This document shows, in pieces, positions 39,199 to 49,209 of a stretch of 64,000 nucleotides of DNA; within the stretch, counting starts at the first letter, position 1; each line of letters begins with the position of its first letter. The stretch is from Candidatus Latescibacterota bacterium (lineage in GTDB: Bacteria; Latescibacterota; UBA2968; UBA8231): positions 1,248,001 through 1,312,000 of the forward strand of contig CBDCDC010000002.1 of NCBI GenBank assembly GCA_965215195.1, in the 5' to 3' direction. The notes beneath the pieces were generated by a model. That model saw only the letters and a program-made list of their open reading frames with translations, was not told the origin of the DNA and did not search any database. The translations under genes and the position numbers were made by a program.

Positions 39199-39426
39199 GC
39201 CGAGCCTCCCTTTCAGGATTCGACTCAAACGTCGGTGGAACTGTTTTTCGATGTGTCCGCCGATTCGACCTTTGGAGCAGCCACGCCACCTTGGGTCAAA
39301 CGCCCACCGGCTACCGCGTTGAGTACCGCTTCGCAAGCGGTAGCCGGCTGTTGGGGGCGACGCCGACCCTGACGAATGCGTCTCTTGTACTTGATCGTGC
39401 CGACGCACCCTATCAAACGGCTCGGC
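39199..39426 (-). ncRNA. candidate structured non-coding RNA / 5' leader
   Basis: GCCGAGCC/GGCTCGGC closing stem plus several internal hairpins; no credible CDS. Confidence 0.4.
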
Positions 39427-39674
39427 CCCCTTTGCGCTGCGGATTTTCGTCAATGAGCCGTAGAGTCTCTAACAAAACCTTTTTATGGGGTTTAGGGTGA
39501 TCTATATTCGTTTTGGTATGGGTGGTATGGGGTTTGTTCATGGCCAAGCCCTTAGGTCGCCTCTATCGCTCGTCCGCTGGATAATCTCGGCCGTGATCAT
39601 GGGGCGGGTAGGAACCGCCTCGACCACGGTCAACTCACTAGCACCATTGGTTAAATACTTTAATGGAGGCTGCG

Positions 39675-39875
39675 ATGGAATACTTTGGCAAGGGGCTGTA
39701 CCTAATTTTCTTCGCACTAATTTTCTGGTTCGTCCACCGGGTTCAAGACCGCGGCCTCAGCCGCCTCATCGAGGACAACCACCGGGCACACGAGCGGGTC
39801 CACCGCACCCTAAAGGAGCACCCGGAGGGCGGCACTTGGCCCCAATACCAGCAGTGGATGGAGGACGCAGCATGA
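39675..39875 (+). CDS. small membrane protein (66 aa)
   Basis: GGAGG RBS, one TM, ATGA overlap with msrA. Confidence 0.6.
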   Translation: MEYFGKGLYLIFFALIFWFVHRVQDRGLSRLIEDNHRAHERVHRTLKEHPEGGTWPQYQQWMEDAA

Positions 39876-40423
39876 GTTTGGAAACTACCACCTTGGGCGC
39901 GGGCTGTTTCTGGTGCGTCGAAGCTGTGTACCAAGACCTGCGGGGAGTCGCCAGCGCGGTCTCCGGCTATATGGGCGGCGCGCTGGAGCATCCCACGTAC
40001 CAAGCCGTTTGCAGCGGCCAGACCGGGCACGCCGAGGTCGTACAAATACAGTTCGACCCCGAGGTCATCAGCTTTGCCGACCTGCTCTACATTTTCTGGC
40101 GCACGCACGACCCCACCACGCTCAACCGCCAAGGCGCGGACTGCGGCACCCAGTACCGCTCGGTGATTTTCTACCACAGCCCTGAGCAGCAAGCGACGGC
40201 TGTCGCCTCTAGGGCCGCTGCGGACGCGAGCGACCTCTGGGCCGATCCGATTGTGACCGCAATCGCGCCCGCCAGTGCCTTTTGGCCGGCCGAGTCGCAC
40301 CACCAAAACTACTACCGGCTCAATCCCAACCAGCCCTACTGCGCGGTGGTCATCGATCCCAAGATGCAGGCGTTCCGCCGCAAGTTTGCCGACCGCCTCC
40401 AGCCGCCTGTCTCAGCGTCGTGA
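39872..40423 (+). CDS. msrA: peptide-methionine (S)-S-oxide reductase
   Basis: GAGCFWC, TGHAEVV, HDPTTLNRQG, GTQYRS. Confidence 0.95.
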   Translation: MSLETTTLGAGCFWCVEAVYQDLRGVASAVSGYMGGALEHPTYQAVCSGQTGHAEVVQIQFDPEVISFADLLYIFWRTHDPTTLNRQGADCGTQYRSVIFYHSPEQQATAVASRAAADASDLWADPIVTAIAPASAFWPAESHHQNYYRLNPNQPYCAVVIDPKMQAFRRKFADRLQPPVSAS

Positions 40424-41571
40424 CGACCATCATCAGCCGGCTGCACGCCGCGGACTTTGAAGAGGCCCTCGACGTCCTCAACCTCGCCTTTGGCAAAGCG
40501 CCGCCGCGGGATTTTGCGGCCATTCTGCCGGCCCTGTACCGGCGCGGGGAAGAGGAGATGAGTTGGAACTTTGCCTTGCGCGAAAGGGGCCGCATTCGCG
40601 CCATCGTCGGGCTGTTCCCCCTTGCTGGCCGATGGGGCGGTGAGATCTTGCGCGTGGCTGGCATCGGCGGCGTTTCCTGCCATCCGCACGCCCGCGGCCG
40701 GGGCTACATGCAGCAGCTCATGGACCATTGCGTCCAAGCCGCGCCGGCAGAGGGTTTTCACCTGTCTTGGCTGGGGGGCCAGCGCCAGCGCTACGGCTAC
40801 TTTGGCTACGAGAAGTGCGGCGTTTACTACCGGCTCGCGCTGAGTCAAACCAATGTGCGCCACGCCTTGGGAGCAGCCGATTTCGGGATCGACTTTCGCC
40901 CGCTGGCGCGCGACGACCGCACGCATCTGCAAGGCGCGATTGGCCTGCACGATGCCCAGCCGTTTCGCGGGGTGCGCGCCCCGCACCGCTTCTACGACCT
41001 GCTCCTGAGTTGGGGCCATCGGCCCTATGTGGCCCGCTCGCGCGATGGCCGCATGATCGGCTACCTCGTGGCCCAAGCCGACCGGACGTGCGTCACCGAA
41101 CTGTTGGCCGTCAATGAAGGTGCCCCCGAACTGGACATAGCCGCTGCTTGGGTGCAGCGCCACGGAGATACTCGCTTTGAGTTGCCGCCTTGGAGCCGCC
41201 TCCTGCCCAAGCTGGCCCAGCTCTGCGAAGGCGCGAGCGCATCGAGTTCGGGCAACTGGCAAATTTTCGATTGGGCGACGACGCTCAACGCCTTGCTCAA
41301 GACGCGCACCGCGCTAGGGCCCCTGCTGGACGGCGCGGTCGTCGTGGAGATTGAAGGCTATGGTCGGGTCGCGCTGGAGGTGCGAGAAAACGCCGCCCAG
41401 TGCGTCCGCACCGAGGCCGCGCCCGCCCTGCAGATGGATACTCTCACGGCCATGCGCCTGCTCTGCGGCCCCCTGCCGCCCTCGCTGGTGTTGCCCCTGC
41501 CCGCTGCGGCCGCCCCCCTCGAACAGTGGTGCCCCCTGCCGCTTTTTTGGGGCCGCCAAGACGCGGTCTAA
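40420..41571 (+). CDS. GNAT (Eis-like) acetyltransferase
   Basis: GIGGVSCHPHARGRGYM, YGYFGYE, SCP2-like C-terminus; GTGA overlap. Confidence 0.8.
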   Translation: MTTIISRLHAADFEEALDVLNLAFGKAPPRDFAAILPALYRRGEEEMSWNFALRERGRIRAIVGLFPLAGRWGGEILRVAGIGGVSCHPHARGRGYMQQLMDHCVQAAPAEGFHLSWLGGQRQRYGYFGYEKCGVYYRLALSQTNVRHALGAADFGIDFRPLARDDRTHLQGAIGLHDAQPFRGVRAPHRFYDLLLSWGHRPYVARSRDGRMIGYLVAQADRTCVTELLAVNEGAPELDIAAAWVQRHGDTRFELPPWSRLLPKLAQLCEGASASSSGNWQIFDWATTLNALLKTRTALGPLLDGAVVVEIEGYGRVALEVRENAAQCVRTEAAPALQMDTLTAMRLLCGPLPPSLVLPLPAAAAPLEQWCPLPLFWGRQDAV

Positions 41572-41695
41572 AGAATCTGGGAACGAGGGCGTCTCGCCCG
41601 CGAAAATCGCTTGACGCCGCAGGAACTCGACAGCCCCGCAAAGCGGCCTGCGAGGGGTTTGTCGCGCCTAAAGGCGCGGTGAAGCAGACCGCTTC

Positions 41696-41847
41696 CTTAC
41701 TACACGCCACCAGCCCTCAGCCTGCCAAGGATCGAGGGCATCTTGCCCTCGCCGAGGGCGGGACGCCCTCGATCCCGCACCCAGCGGAAACCGCAGAAAA
41801 GGCGTACTCAAAGTAAGGGTCGCCTACTTTAGGGGTCGGGTACTAAG
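41696..41847. mobile_element. MITE copy 1 (152 bp)
   Basis: imperfect TIR CTTACTACAC.../...GGGTACTAAG; 9-bp TSD GACCGCTTC; homologous to 48012-48164. Confidence 0.85.
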
Positions 41848-41855
41848 GACCGCTT

Positions 41856-42791
41856 CTAAGGCGTCAATACCCGCTCGGTGAATAGCTCGAGAAAGCGCGC
41901 TTGGTCCACGGCCATGGCACACGCTACGGGCCGCCCCTGCCGCTTGTGGTCGCTCGCCCAGGTGCGCTGGTCAACTACCAACTGCCCGGCGGTCAGGTCC
42001 CCGGCAGTCTCCACGTCCACCCACAATCGCTCCGTGCGAAAGAGCTGCGGCCACAGGGCCGCCCCCAAGGCCACTGGATCGTGCAAGCGCATTCCAGCGA
42101 ATCCGTAGTGCGCGGCCTCAAAGGCCATGGCCGGTCCACACGCCGCCTGGCAAAACGCAGCGCGCGCCCCTTCGCAGGCTTGCAAGGCGGCCTGCTCCAG
42201 CCCGACCTGCCCGGTGACGTCCAGCCCCACCAACACCAGCTCGGCCGCGGACGTGAGGACTTGGCGCGCTGCGTGCGGATCCGCGTAGAAATTGAACTCA
42301 GCTGTTGGCGCGACATTGCCCGGTACGCGCGCGGCCCCGCCCATGATCACCACTTGACGCGCACGGCCCAGCACGCCCGGCACCCGCGCCTCGGCCTGCG
42401 CCAAGTTGGTCGACGGCCCGGTGGCAACGAGCGTCACCTCCCCGGGCCGCGCCTGCAAGGTGTTCAGCAGAAATTCCACTGCATCGCCTGCGGGCGAGGT
42501 GTGCGCCTCGGGTAGCTGGGCTGCGCCCAGCCCGGTTGCGCCGTGGACGTCGGCCGCGGCGACCGCGCTCCGCACCAAGGGCCGCTCTGCGCCGGCGTAC
42601 ACCGGAACGTCGGCCCGGCCCGCCCACTGCAACAGGCGCAGGGTGTTGTCAGTCGTCCGCGGCCGCGGCACATTGCCGGCCACCGTAGAGACGCCCACCA
42701 ACTCAACTTCGGGCGAGGACAGGGCCAAAAGCAGAGCGAGGGCGTCGTCAACGCCCGTATCGACGTCCATAATCAGGGGAGTTGTAGGCAA
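41856..42791 (-). CDS. nucleoside hydrolase (IUNH family)
   Basis: DVDTGVDDALA, AEFNFYADP, LHDP; start uncertain. Confidence 0.9.
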   Translation of the reverse strand: MPTTPLIMDVDTGVDDALALLLALSSPEVELVGVSTVAGNVPRPRTTDNTLRLLQWAGRADVPVYAGAERPLVRSAVAAADVHGATGLGAAQLPEAHTSPAGDAVEFLLNTLQARPGEVTLVATGPSTNLAQAEARVPGVLGRARQVVIMGGAARVPGNVAPTAEFNFYADPHAARQVLTSAAELVLVGLDVTGQVGLEQAALQACEGARAAFCQAACGPAMAFEAAHYGFAGMRLHDPVALGAALWPQLFRTERLWVDVETAGDLTAGQLVVDQRTWASDHKRQGRPVACAMAVDQARFLELFTERVLTP

Positions 42792-42988
42792 CGCTGCCCG
42801 TCCCGGCGAATGAGCAAAATGCCCTCCTCGCGTCTTAATTGCCAATGAAACTCGTCGGTCCCCGTCTACGCGGGGGACTGGCTTAACATACCAAACAGCA
42901 GGCCGCGGCCAAAGCGCACCCTGTTGCCGACGCGCCGTTTGCTTAGATTGGTTCCCAAGTACTCGTCCCCCCAATCGAGGGAGTAGCT

Positions 42989-43882
42989 ATGACTACCGCC
43001 TCCATCGACGTAGCCCCTCTGCCGCAAGCCGCCTTCGGCAAGACCGGCGAACGCGTCCCCTTGCTCGGCTTGGGCACGGCCCCCGGCGGCATGGGCCTAG
43101 CAGACGCGGACGCCATCGCGCTTTTTGAACGGGCCATTGACCTCGGCGTTACCTACATCGACACGGCCCCCGGCTACGAGCGCGCCCAGCATCAGCTCGC
43201 CCAGATCGTGCCCCATTGCCGGCGCGAGCTGTTCTTGGTCAGCAAGGCCCACACGGCCCACTACCAAGAGGCGCTCGATATTGTCGAAAAGAATTTGGAC
43301 GCCTTGGGCACCGATCACTTGGACCTGATGTACGTCCACTCGCTGGGCCACTTAGACGTAGAACAAGTGCTGGCCAAAGACGGTGCGCTCGCCGGCTTGC
43401 GCGAGGCGCAGCGGCGCGGTTGGACCCGCTATGTCGGCATCACCGCTCACCACGCGCCTTGGAAATCCGCCAAGGTCCTGCGCGAGGTCGAGATCGACGC
43501 CGGCATGTTCGCCCTCAGTTTCGCCGACTGCCACATTTACAACTTTGAGGAGCTAGTTCTGCCCTTGGCCCGCGCCCAGAACGCCGGCGTCGCTGCGATG
43601 AAGGTGTACGGCGGCGCCATCGACATGGAGTACGACAAGCCCCGGCCCTCCGAGCTGGCCAACAGCGGCTTTGGCGATCACGAGCGGGCACTGCGCTACG
43701 CCTTGGGATTGCCCGGAGTGAGCTTGGCGGTCATTGGAGTCTATGACGAGGAGGAGCTGGTGCAGAATGTCGAATGGGTGCGGCGCTACGCGCCATTGGA
43801 TGCTGGCGAGCAGCAGGCACTTCTAGCCGAGGGGCGGGATATAGCCCGTCAATGGGGGCCGCACTACGGGGCGGTGGAGTGA
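42989..43882 (+). CDS. aldo/keto reductase
   Basis: LGLGT, YIDTAPGY, LDLMYVH. Confidence 0.9.
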   Translation: MTTASIDVAPLPQAAFGKTGERVPLLGLGTAPGGMGLADADAIALFERAIDLGVTYIDTAPGYERAQHQLAQIVPHCRRELFLVSKAHTAHYQEALDIVEKNLDALGTDHLDLMYVHSLGHLDVEQVLAKDGALAGLREAQRRGWTRYVGITAHHAPWKSAKVLREVEIDAGMFALSFADCHIYNFEELVLPLARAQNAGVAAMKVYGGAIDMEYDKPRPSELANSGFGDHERALRYALGLPGVSLAVIGVYDEEELVQNVEWVRRYAPLDAGEQQALLAEGRDIARQWGPHYGAVE

Positions 43883-43886
43883 GCCT

Positions 43887-45020
43887 ATGAAAATCACCAA
43901 GGTCAAATCCTTTGTCGGATCGAGCGGCCATTTCTTTGTAAAGGTAGAAACCGATGCTGGCATCTACGGCCTCGGTGAGGGGGGCTTGAGACGGCGGGCC
44001 CTCGCCTTGGCCGAAGTCGTGCGCTCTTTTGAACCGTTTCTCATTGGTGCAGATCCGTTCCAAATTGAACATCTGTGGCAAGTGATGTTCCGCGGTGGTT
44101 TCTTCCCTGGCGGTGTCGTCCAATCCGCCGCAGTGAGTGCCGTCGATATCGCACTGTGGGACATCAAAGGGAAAGCACTACGTGTTCCCGTGTACGAACT
44201 TTTAGGCGGACGCACGCGAGACAAAGTCGCTTGCTATCCGCACAACGGCGGCGGCGCGATTGAAGCCCTCGTTGAGAGCTGTCGAAAAACTCATGCCGCC
44301 GGTTGGAAATTCGTCCGCTGGGGCTTGGCTGATGGTGCCGACAAAGGGACGTTTGAACCCAGACGCGCTATCCAGCATGGGGTTGAGCAAGTGGAGGCCG
44401 TGCGCAAGGCATTAGGCGATCAGGTCCACATATTAGTTGACGTGCATACCCGTCTCGACCCAGCGGATAGCCTCGATTTCTGCAACCGGGTTGCCCCCTA
44501 CAATCCATTTTTCATTGAAGATCCGCTGCGCAGTGAAAACCCAGCCAGTCTCAGGCGGCTCCGCCAACAGACCTCCGTCCCGCTTGCCGTCGGCGAACAA
44601 TTTGATAGCAAGTGGACCTTCAGAGAAGTCATTGAGGAGGATCTGATGGATTACTGCCGAATTGACGTGTGCATTGCCGGTGGATTGACAGAGGCGCGTA
44701 AAATTGCCGGGTGGTGCGAAACGCATTACATCCATCTGGCACCGCACAACCCGCTCGGTCCGGTTTCCACCGCAGCCTGTCTGCATCTGTGTTTAGCATC
44801 TTCACTCGTCGGTGTCCAGGAACTTCCGCGTGCGCCGATGTCTTCACTCACCGATGAGTTTCCGGTGCAGGTGCCGTTTGAGTCTGGTCATCTCCTACCT
44901 CCCCAAGCCCCCGGTCTCGGCATTGAATTCAACGAGGCCGCACTTTCCAACGTGTCGACACAGGACTACGGACCACCCACCGGCTATCAGCGCGATGATG
45001 GTTCCTATGCGAATTGGTAG
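43887..45020 (+). CDS. mandelate racemase/galactonate dehydratase-like enolase
   Basis: DIALWDIKGK, DVHTR, FIEDP, GEQ, PHNP. Confidence 0.9.
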   Translation: MKITKVKSFVGSSGHFFVKVETDAGIYGLGEGGLRRRALALAEVVRSFEPFLIGADPFQIEHLWQVMFRGGFFPGGVVQSAAVSAVDIALWDIKGKALRVPVYELLGGRTRDKVACYPHNGGGAIEALVESCRKTHAAGWKFVRWGLADGADKGTFEPRRAIQHGVEQVEAVRKALGDQVHILVDVHTRLDPADSLDFCNRVAPYNPFFIEDPLRSENPASLRRLRQQTSVPLAVGEQFDSKWTFREVIEEDLMDYCRIDVCIAGGLTEARKIAGWCETHYIHLAPHNPLGPVSTAACLHLCLASSLVGVQELPRAPMSSLTDEFPVQVPFESGHLLPPQAPGLGIEFNEAALSNVSTQDYGPPTGYQRDDGSYANW

Positions 45021-45078
45021 GGATTTACAGGTTACGCATCAATGGAGCCAGCCCTACGAGTCGGTGGAGTTTAAAGCT

Positions 45079-45405
45079 CTACGGCCCGACGAAATCCAAT
45101 CTGAGCCGAAACCCCAAGGCCGATATAATGGCCATCAGATTGTCTATCTTCGGCTTACTGCGACTTGAAAGCACGCGGTAGAGATGTTCGCGGTTGAGAC
45201 CAGAGCGCTCTGCCAATGCACCAACGCCCCCTTGTGCTTGGGCGACATCGCGCAGGGCCAATAGTAGCCCATCGGTCTCGCCGCTTGCTTCACACTCATC
45301 CAAGGCGACCTCCAAGTAGGCCCGAGCTTCTTCGGGGTCTTTGAGCACTTTTAGCAGCCCTTCGTCGTAACTGACCGTGTGCTGCAAAACCTGTTTTTCA
45401 TTCAT
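45079..45405 (-). CDS. putative addiction module antidote (HTH)
   Basis: LLALRDVAQAQGG..LAERSGLNREHLYRVLS. Confidence 0.85.
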   Translation of the reverse strand: MNEKQVLQHTVSYDEGLLKVLKDPEEARAYLEVALDECEASGETDGLLLALRDVAQAQGGVGALAERSGLNREHLYRVLSSRSKPKIDNLMAIISALGFRLRLDFVGP

Positions 45406-45630
45406 TGCTACGGCTCCTCAAGTCCTGCCAATATGCTTTGGCGCGTTCAATGTCGCGGCGTTGGGATCGTTTAGTACCGCCGCAGAGCAAAATTACAATC
45501 GTCCTTCCCAGTTTTCCGTAATACACGCGATATCCCGGGCCATAGTGGATTCTCAGTTCAAACACGCCTCCACCTAGCGAGTCGGCATCGCCCATATTGC
45601 CCTGTCGTACGCGATTAATTCGGTTATGGG
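45398..45630 (-). pseudogene. RelE/ParE-type addiction module toxin, 5'-truncated
   Basis: GGVFELRIHYGPGYRVYY, LLCGGTK; N-terminus missing. Confidence 0.75.
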
Positions 45631-45637
45631 GGCCGCA

Positions 45638-46540
45638 TTACGGGCCGGTGGTGCGAGCCGGCGCGCCCCTTTGCTGGTAGAGCAGGCCGGCGACGATGAG
45701 CACAAGTCCGGCTAGGGTCGCCCAGCGGATCGACTCTCCTAACGCGAAGTGAATCAGCACGAGGGAGCAGAACGGGGAAATGAAGATCAGGTTGCCGACC
45801 TTAGCGGTGTTTTCCGCGTAGCGCAGCGCCCATTGCCACAGGACATACGTGATCCCCATTTCGAAGAGGCCGATGTACGCCGCCCCCAACAAACCCGGCC
45901 AAGCAGGTGCCCGCCACTGTCCCATCAGCAGAACACAGCCGAGCACCAGCGGCAGCGACAGGGCGAAATTGAGAAAGAGCCGCACCACCGGGTCGCGCTG
46001 GTCGCGGGTGTTGTAGATCCAATAGAAGGCCCATACCACTGTGCTGCCCAGCGCCAAGGCCACCCCGAGCGGATCGGAAAAGCGCAAGGTCCAGACTTCG
46101 CCGCGAGTGGAGATGACCAGCACGCCGGCGTAACAGACCAAGCCCGCCGCCAGATCGCGCCGGCCGATTCGCTGCCCCAAGAGCGGGATGGAGAGCCAAG
46201 TCAGGGTGAGCGCCCAAGTATAATTGAGTGCCTGCGCTTCTTGGGCGGGCAGCAGTTGGTAGGCTTTGAAGAGAATCAGATAGTAGAGCAGGGGATTTAA
46301 CGCGCCCAGCACTAGCGAGCGGGTGCAAGCCACCGGCCGGCTCCTGAGCACCTGCCCCACCTTTCCCTGCGCCACGACCAGCACCCCCAGCGCCCCGGTC
46401 GAAGCGCAACTAGCCCACAACAGCAACTCGGCGTAGTCCATGTAGCGGAGGGTGATCTTGAAGGCCGACGCCACGGTGGACCACAGCAACACTGCGGCCA
46501 ATCCGCACAGATAAGCCCTCTTCTGGTCGGCAACTGCCAC
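45638..46540 (-). CDS. EamA/DMT transporter
   Basis: about 10 hydrophobic segments in two repeats. Confidence 0.85.
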   Translation of the reverse strand: MAVADQKRAYLCGLAAVLLWSTVASAFKITLRYMDYAELLLWASCASTGALGVLVVAQGKVGQVLRSRPVACTRSLVLGALNPLLYYLILFKAYQLLPAQEAQALNYTWALTLTWLSIPLLGQRIGRRDLAAGLVCYAGVLVISTRGEVWTLRFSDPLGVALALGSTVVWAFYWIYNTRDQRDPVVRLFLNFALSLPLVLGCVLLMGQWRAPAWPGLLGAAYIGLFEMGITYVLWQWALRYAENTAKVGNLIFISPFCSLVLIHFALGESIRWATLAGLVLIVAGLLYQQRGAPARTTGP

Positions 46541-46551
46541 CGCGCACTCCG

Positions 46552-47937
46552 CTAAAACTGCACAACCTGCTTGGGGCCAATATCCACGGCTTGGGCCAGC
46601 GCGTCGAAGTTCTGTTTCAGCAGCGCGAAGCGCACGTCTGCATAGGCTGGGTCGTCCCAGCGGTTGTCGAACTCGCCCGGATCGGCCTCCAAGTCAAACA
46701 GCTCGCCTTGGGCGCGGTCGTGGTAGCAGACCAGTTTGTAGCACTGGTCGCGGATCATGGTGCCGTAGGTGCCTTGCAGATGCTCCCGACCCGGCGCGTC
46801 TGGGTTTAGGGCGCGGTAGTATTCGCTGCGCACGTAGGCGCGGTGCGTCTCGCTTTGGCCGGTCAGCAGGGGCCACAGCGAGCGCCCCTGCATCCTAGCG
46901 GGCGCGGCGACCCCGGCCAGCTCCAGCAAGGTCGGGGCAATGTCCATTAGTTCGACCAGCGCAGCGCAGACGCGCCCCGCGCGCACGTGCCCCGGCCAGG
47001 AGCAGATCAATGGCACTCGCACCAAGCACTCGTAAAACCGGCACCCCTTGCCCACGAGCTGGTGATCGCCCAATAGCTCGCCGTGATCCGAAGTGAAAAT
47101 CACTAGGGTATTCTCGCGCTGGCCGCTTTCTTCTAGGGCTTCGATCATGCGCCCCACATTGTCGTCGATCAGCTCGATCATCGCGTAGTACGCGGCCATA
47201 ACCTCCTTGGCCTGATCTAGACCGATGGGCGCGGCCCCATCTACCGGCCCGAGTTTCGCGTGGGCCTCGAGGTCCTTTGCGCTCCACAGCGGATCGGGCA
47301 GCGCGGCCGGGTCGTAGCGGTCCAAGTACGCCTGCGGCGGATCAAAGGGTGCGTGCGGGTCGAACATGTTGACGCTCATCAGCCAAGGCGCGGTGCGCTC
47401 CTCGCGCATGAACTCAATGGCCTTGTCCGCACACCAAGTCGTCTGGTGCAGCGCGGGCGGTAGCTGGGCTGGGTCCTCGCGCAGCTCGGCTAAGGAGCGG
47501 CCTTGGGCGCACACCCAATCCGCGTAGGCGTGGCCTTCGGGCCACTGGTCGCGCGAGTCGTGGCTCCAGTGGAAGATGCGATAGCCATCGTCGCCGCGCG
47601 GCTCGATCCGGCCGTGCGCACCGGCTAGGTGCAGCTTGCCGGCCAGTCCGCAGTCGTAGGACGCGGCCTCGGTTAGCAGCTTGGGGACCAGCGGGGCCGC
47701 GTCGGCCCAGTAGGCATTGCCATTGGTACAGCCGTGGACGCTGCTCGGATACATGCCGGTGAGAAAACTGGCGCGGCTGGGGGTGCAGATCGGGCTTTGG
47801 CAGAAGGCGTGGGTAAATGCAGTCCCCTCGCCGACTAGGCGGTTGATGTGCGGGGTGCGAATGTGCTCGTTGCCCAGCGCGCCAATTGTATCGTAGCGCT
47901 GCTGGTCGGTGCAGATCCAGAGAACGTTCGGACGCAT
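46552..47937 (-). CDS. sulfatase
   Basis: PNVLWICTDQQR, CTPSRAS, GKLHL, SDHGE. Confidence 0.92.
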   Translation of the reverse strand: MRPNVLWICTDQQRYDTIGALGNEHIRTPHINRLVGEGTAFTHAFCQSPICTPSRASFLTGMYPSSVHGCTNGNAYWADAAPLVPKLLTEAASYDCGLAGKLHLAGAHGRIEPRGDDGYRIFHWSHDSRDQWPEGHAYADWVCAQGRSLAELREDPAQLPPALHQTTWCADKAIEFMREERTAPWLMSVNMFDPHAPFDPPQAYLDRYDPAALPDPLWSAKDLEAHAKLGPVDGAAPIGLDQAKEVMAAYYAMIELIDDNVGRMIEALEESGQRENTLVIFTSDHGELLGDHQLVGKGCRFYECLVRVPLICSWPGHVRAGRVCAALVELMDIAPTLLELAGVAAPARMQGRSLWPLLTGQSETHRAYVRSEYYRALNPDAPGREHLQGTYGTMIRDQCYKLVCYHDRAQGELFDLEADPGEFDNRWDDPAYADVRFALLKQNFDALAQAVDIGPKQVVQF

Positions 47938-48011
47938 GGTTCTATCTCCCGCGATTATGCTATTACTTTACTGACGTTACGCAGTTTTCCAGAAAATTCT
48001 CAATTTCACCC

Positions 48012-48164
48012 CTTACTACACGACACCAGCCCTCAGCCTGCCAAGGATCGAGGGCATCTTGCCCTCGGCGAGGGCGGGACGCCCTCGATCCCGGACCCAG
48101 CGGAAACCGCAGAAAAGGCGTACTCAAAAGTAAGCGTCGCCTACTTTAGGTGTCGTGTACTAAG
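48012..48164. mobile_element. MITE copy 2 (153 bp)
   Basis: TIR CTTACTACACGACACC / GGTGTCGTGTACTAAG (15/16); 9-bp TSD ATTTCACCC. Confidence 0.88.
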
Positions 48165-48213
48165 ATTTCACCCCAATATCTTGGGTCAACCACAAGATAG
48201 AGAGCGACTTACT

Positions 48214-49209
48214 ATGCCCAACGCTATCAACGCCCTCGTCCTCGCACTCGCGCTCGCCGGATCGACCTTGGCCAGCGACGCCGAGGTCCGCGGCATCACC
48301 ATCTCCACGCACGGCATTGGCCGCGACTGGGGCACCGACGCCATCGTGCCGACGCTAGAGGATATTCGCGCCGTCGGTGCCAACTGGGTGGCGATCCACC
48401 CCTACGCCAGCATCCGCGCCGACGGCACCCTCTGGTGGTCGGACATTGATCCGGCCGACCCGCCGGCCCACCTCGTCCGCCCCATCCGCGAGGCCCACCG
48501 CTTGGGCTTGCGCATCTGCATCAAGCCCCACATCGCCTATTGGCGCTCGCCCTTCTCCTGGCGAGGCGAAATCGCCTTTACACGCCCCGAGGATTGGCAG
48601 CGGTTTTGGCGGGACTATCGGGCGTGGATCGCGCTGTTGGCCACCGTCTGCCGAGAGGCCGATGGCTTTGTCGTCGGCACCGAGCTCGACCGCATGCTGG
48701 CCTTTGAAGACGAATGGCGCACACTCATCGCCGAGGTGCGCCAGCGCACCAACGCGCCCCTGACCTATGCGGCCAATTGGACCGACTATCGCCAAGTGCC
48801 CTTCTGGGACGCCCTCGACGTCATCGGCATCCAAGCCTATTTCCCCCTCACCGACGATCCGACCTATGACGAGGAAGACATCCGCGCTGGCTGGGCCAAG
48901 CGCATGGGGGAGCTGCGGGCCTTTGGCGAGCGACACAACCGCAACATTCTCTTCACCGAGCTGGGCTACAACCAGTCGCACCAAGCACCGCTCGCGCCGT
49001 GGGCGTACCCGGTGGATGGCGAGGACGCGCTTCCCGTCCAAGTGGCCTGTCTGCGCGCCGCGCTCGCCGCCATTGCCGCGGAGCCGCACGTCGTTGGAGC
49101 CTTGCTGTGGAAGTGGTTCCCGCACCCGCGCCCGGTCGGCCGCAACTTCCAGCTAGCAATCCCGCCGATCAAGCGCGTGCTTGCCGAGGCGTGGCTCAGC
49201 CGGCAATAA
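48214..49209 (+). CDS. GH113-like TIM-barrel glycoside hydrolase, secreted
   Basis: IKPH, VGTEL, TYAANW, LDVIGIQAYFPL, FTELGY. Confidence 0.75.
   Translation: MPNAINALVLALALAGSTLASDAEVRGITISTHGIGRDWGTDAIVPTLEDIRAVGANWVAIHPYASIRADGTLWWSDIDPADPPAHLVRPIREAHRLGLRICIKPHIAYWRSPFSWRGEIAFTRPEDWQRFWRDYRAWIALLATVCREADGFVVGTELDRMLAFEDEWRTLIAEVRQRTNAPLTYAANWTDYRQVPFWDALDVIGIQAYFPLTDDPTYDEEDIRAGWAKRMGELRAFGERHNRNILFTELGYNQSHQAPLAPWAYPVDGEDALPVQVACLRAALAAIAAEPHVVGALLWKWFPHPRPVGRNFQLAIPPIKRVLAEAWLSRQ

Noticed and set aside
39180-39230. c-di-AMP (ydaO) riboswitch or tmRNA 5' end
   Set aside because: GAATCCTGAAAGGG and GGATTCGAC are short look-alikes only; downstream ydaO motifs and a tRNA-like 3' end are absent
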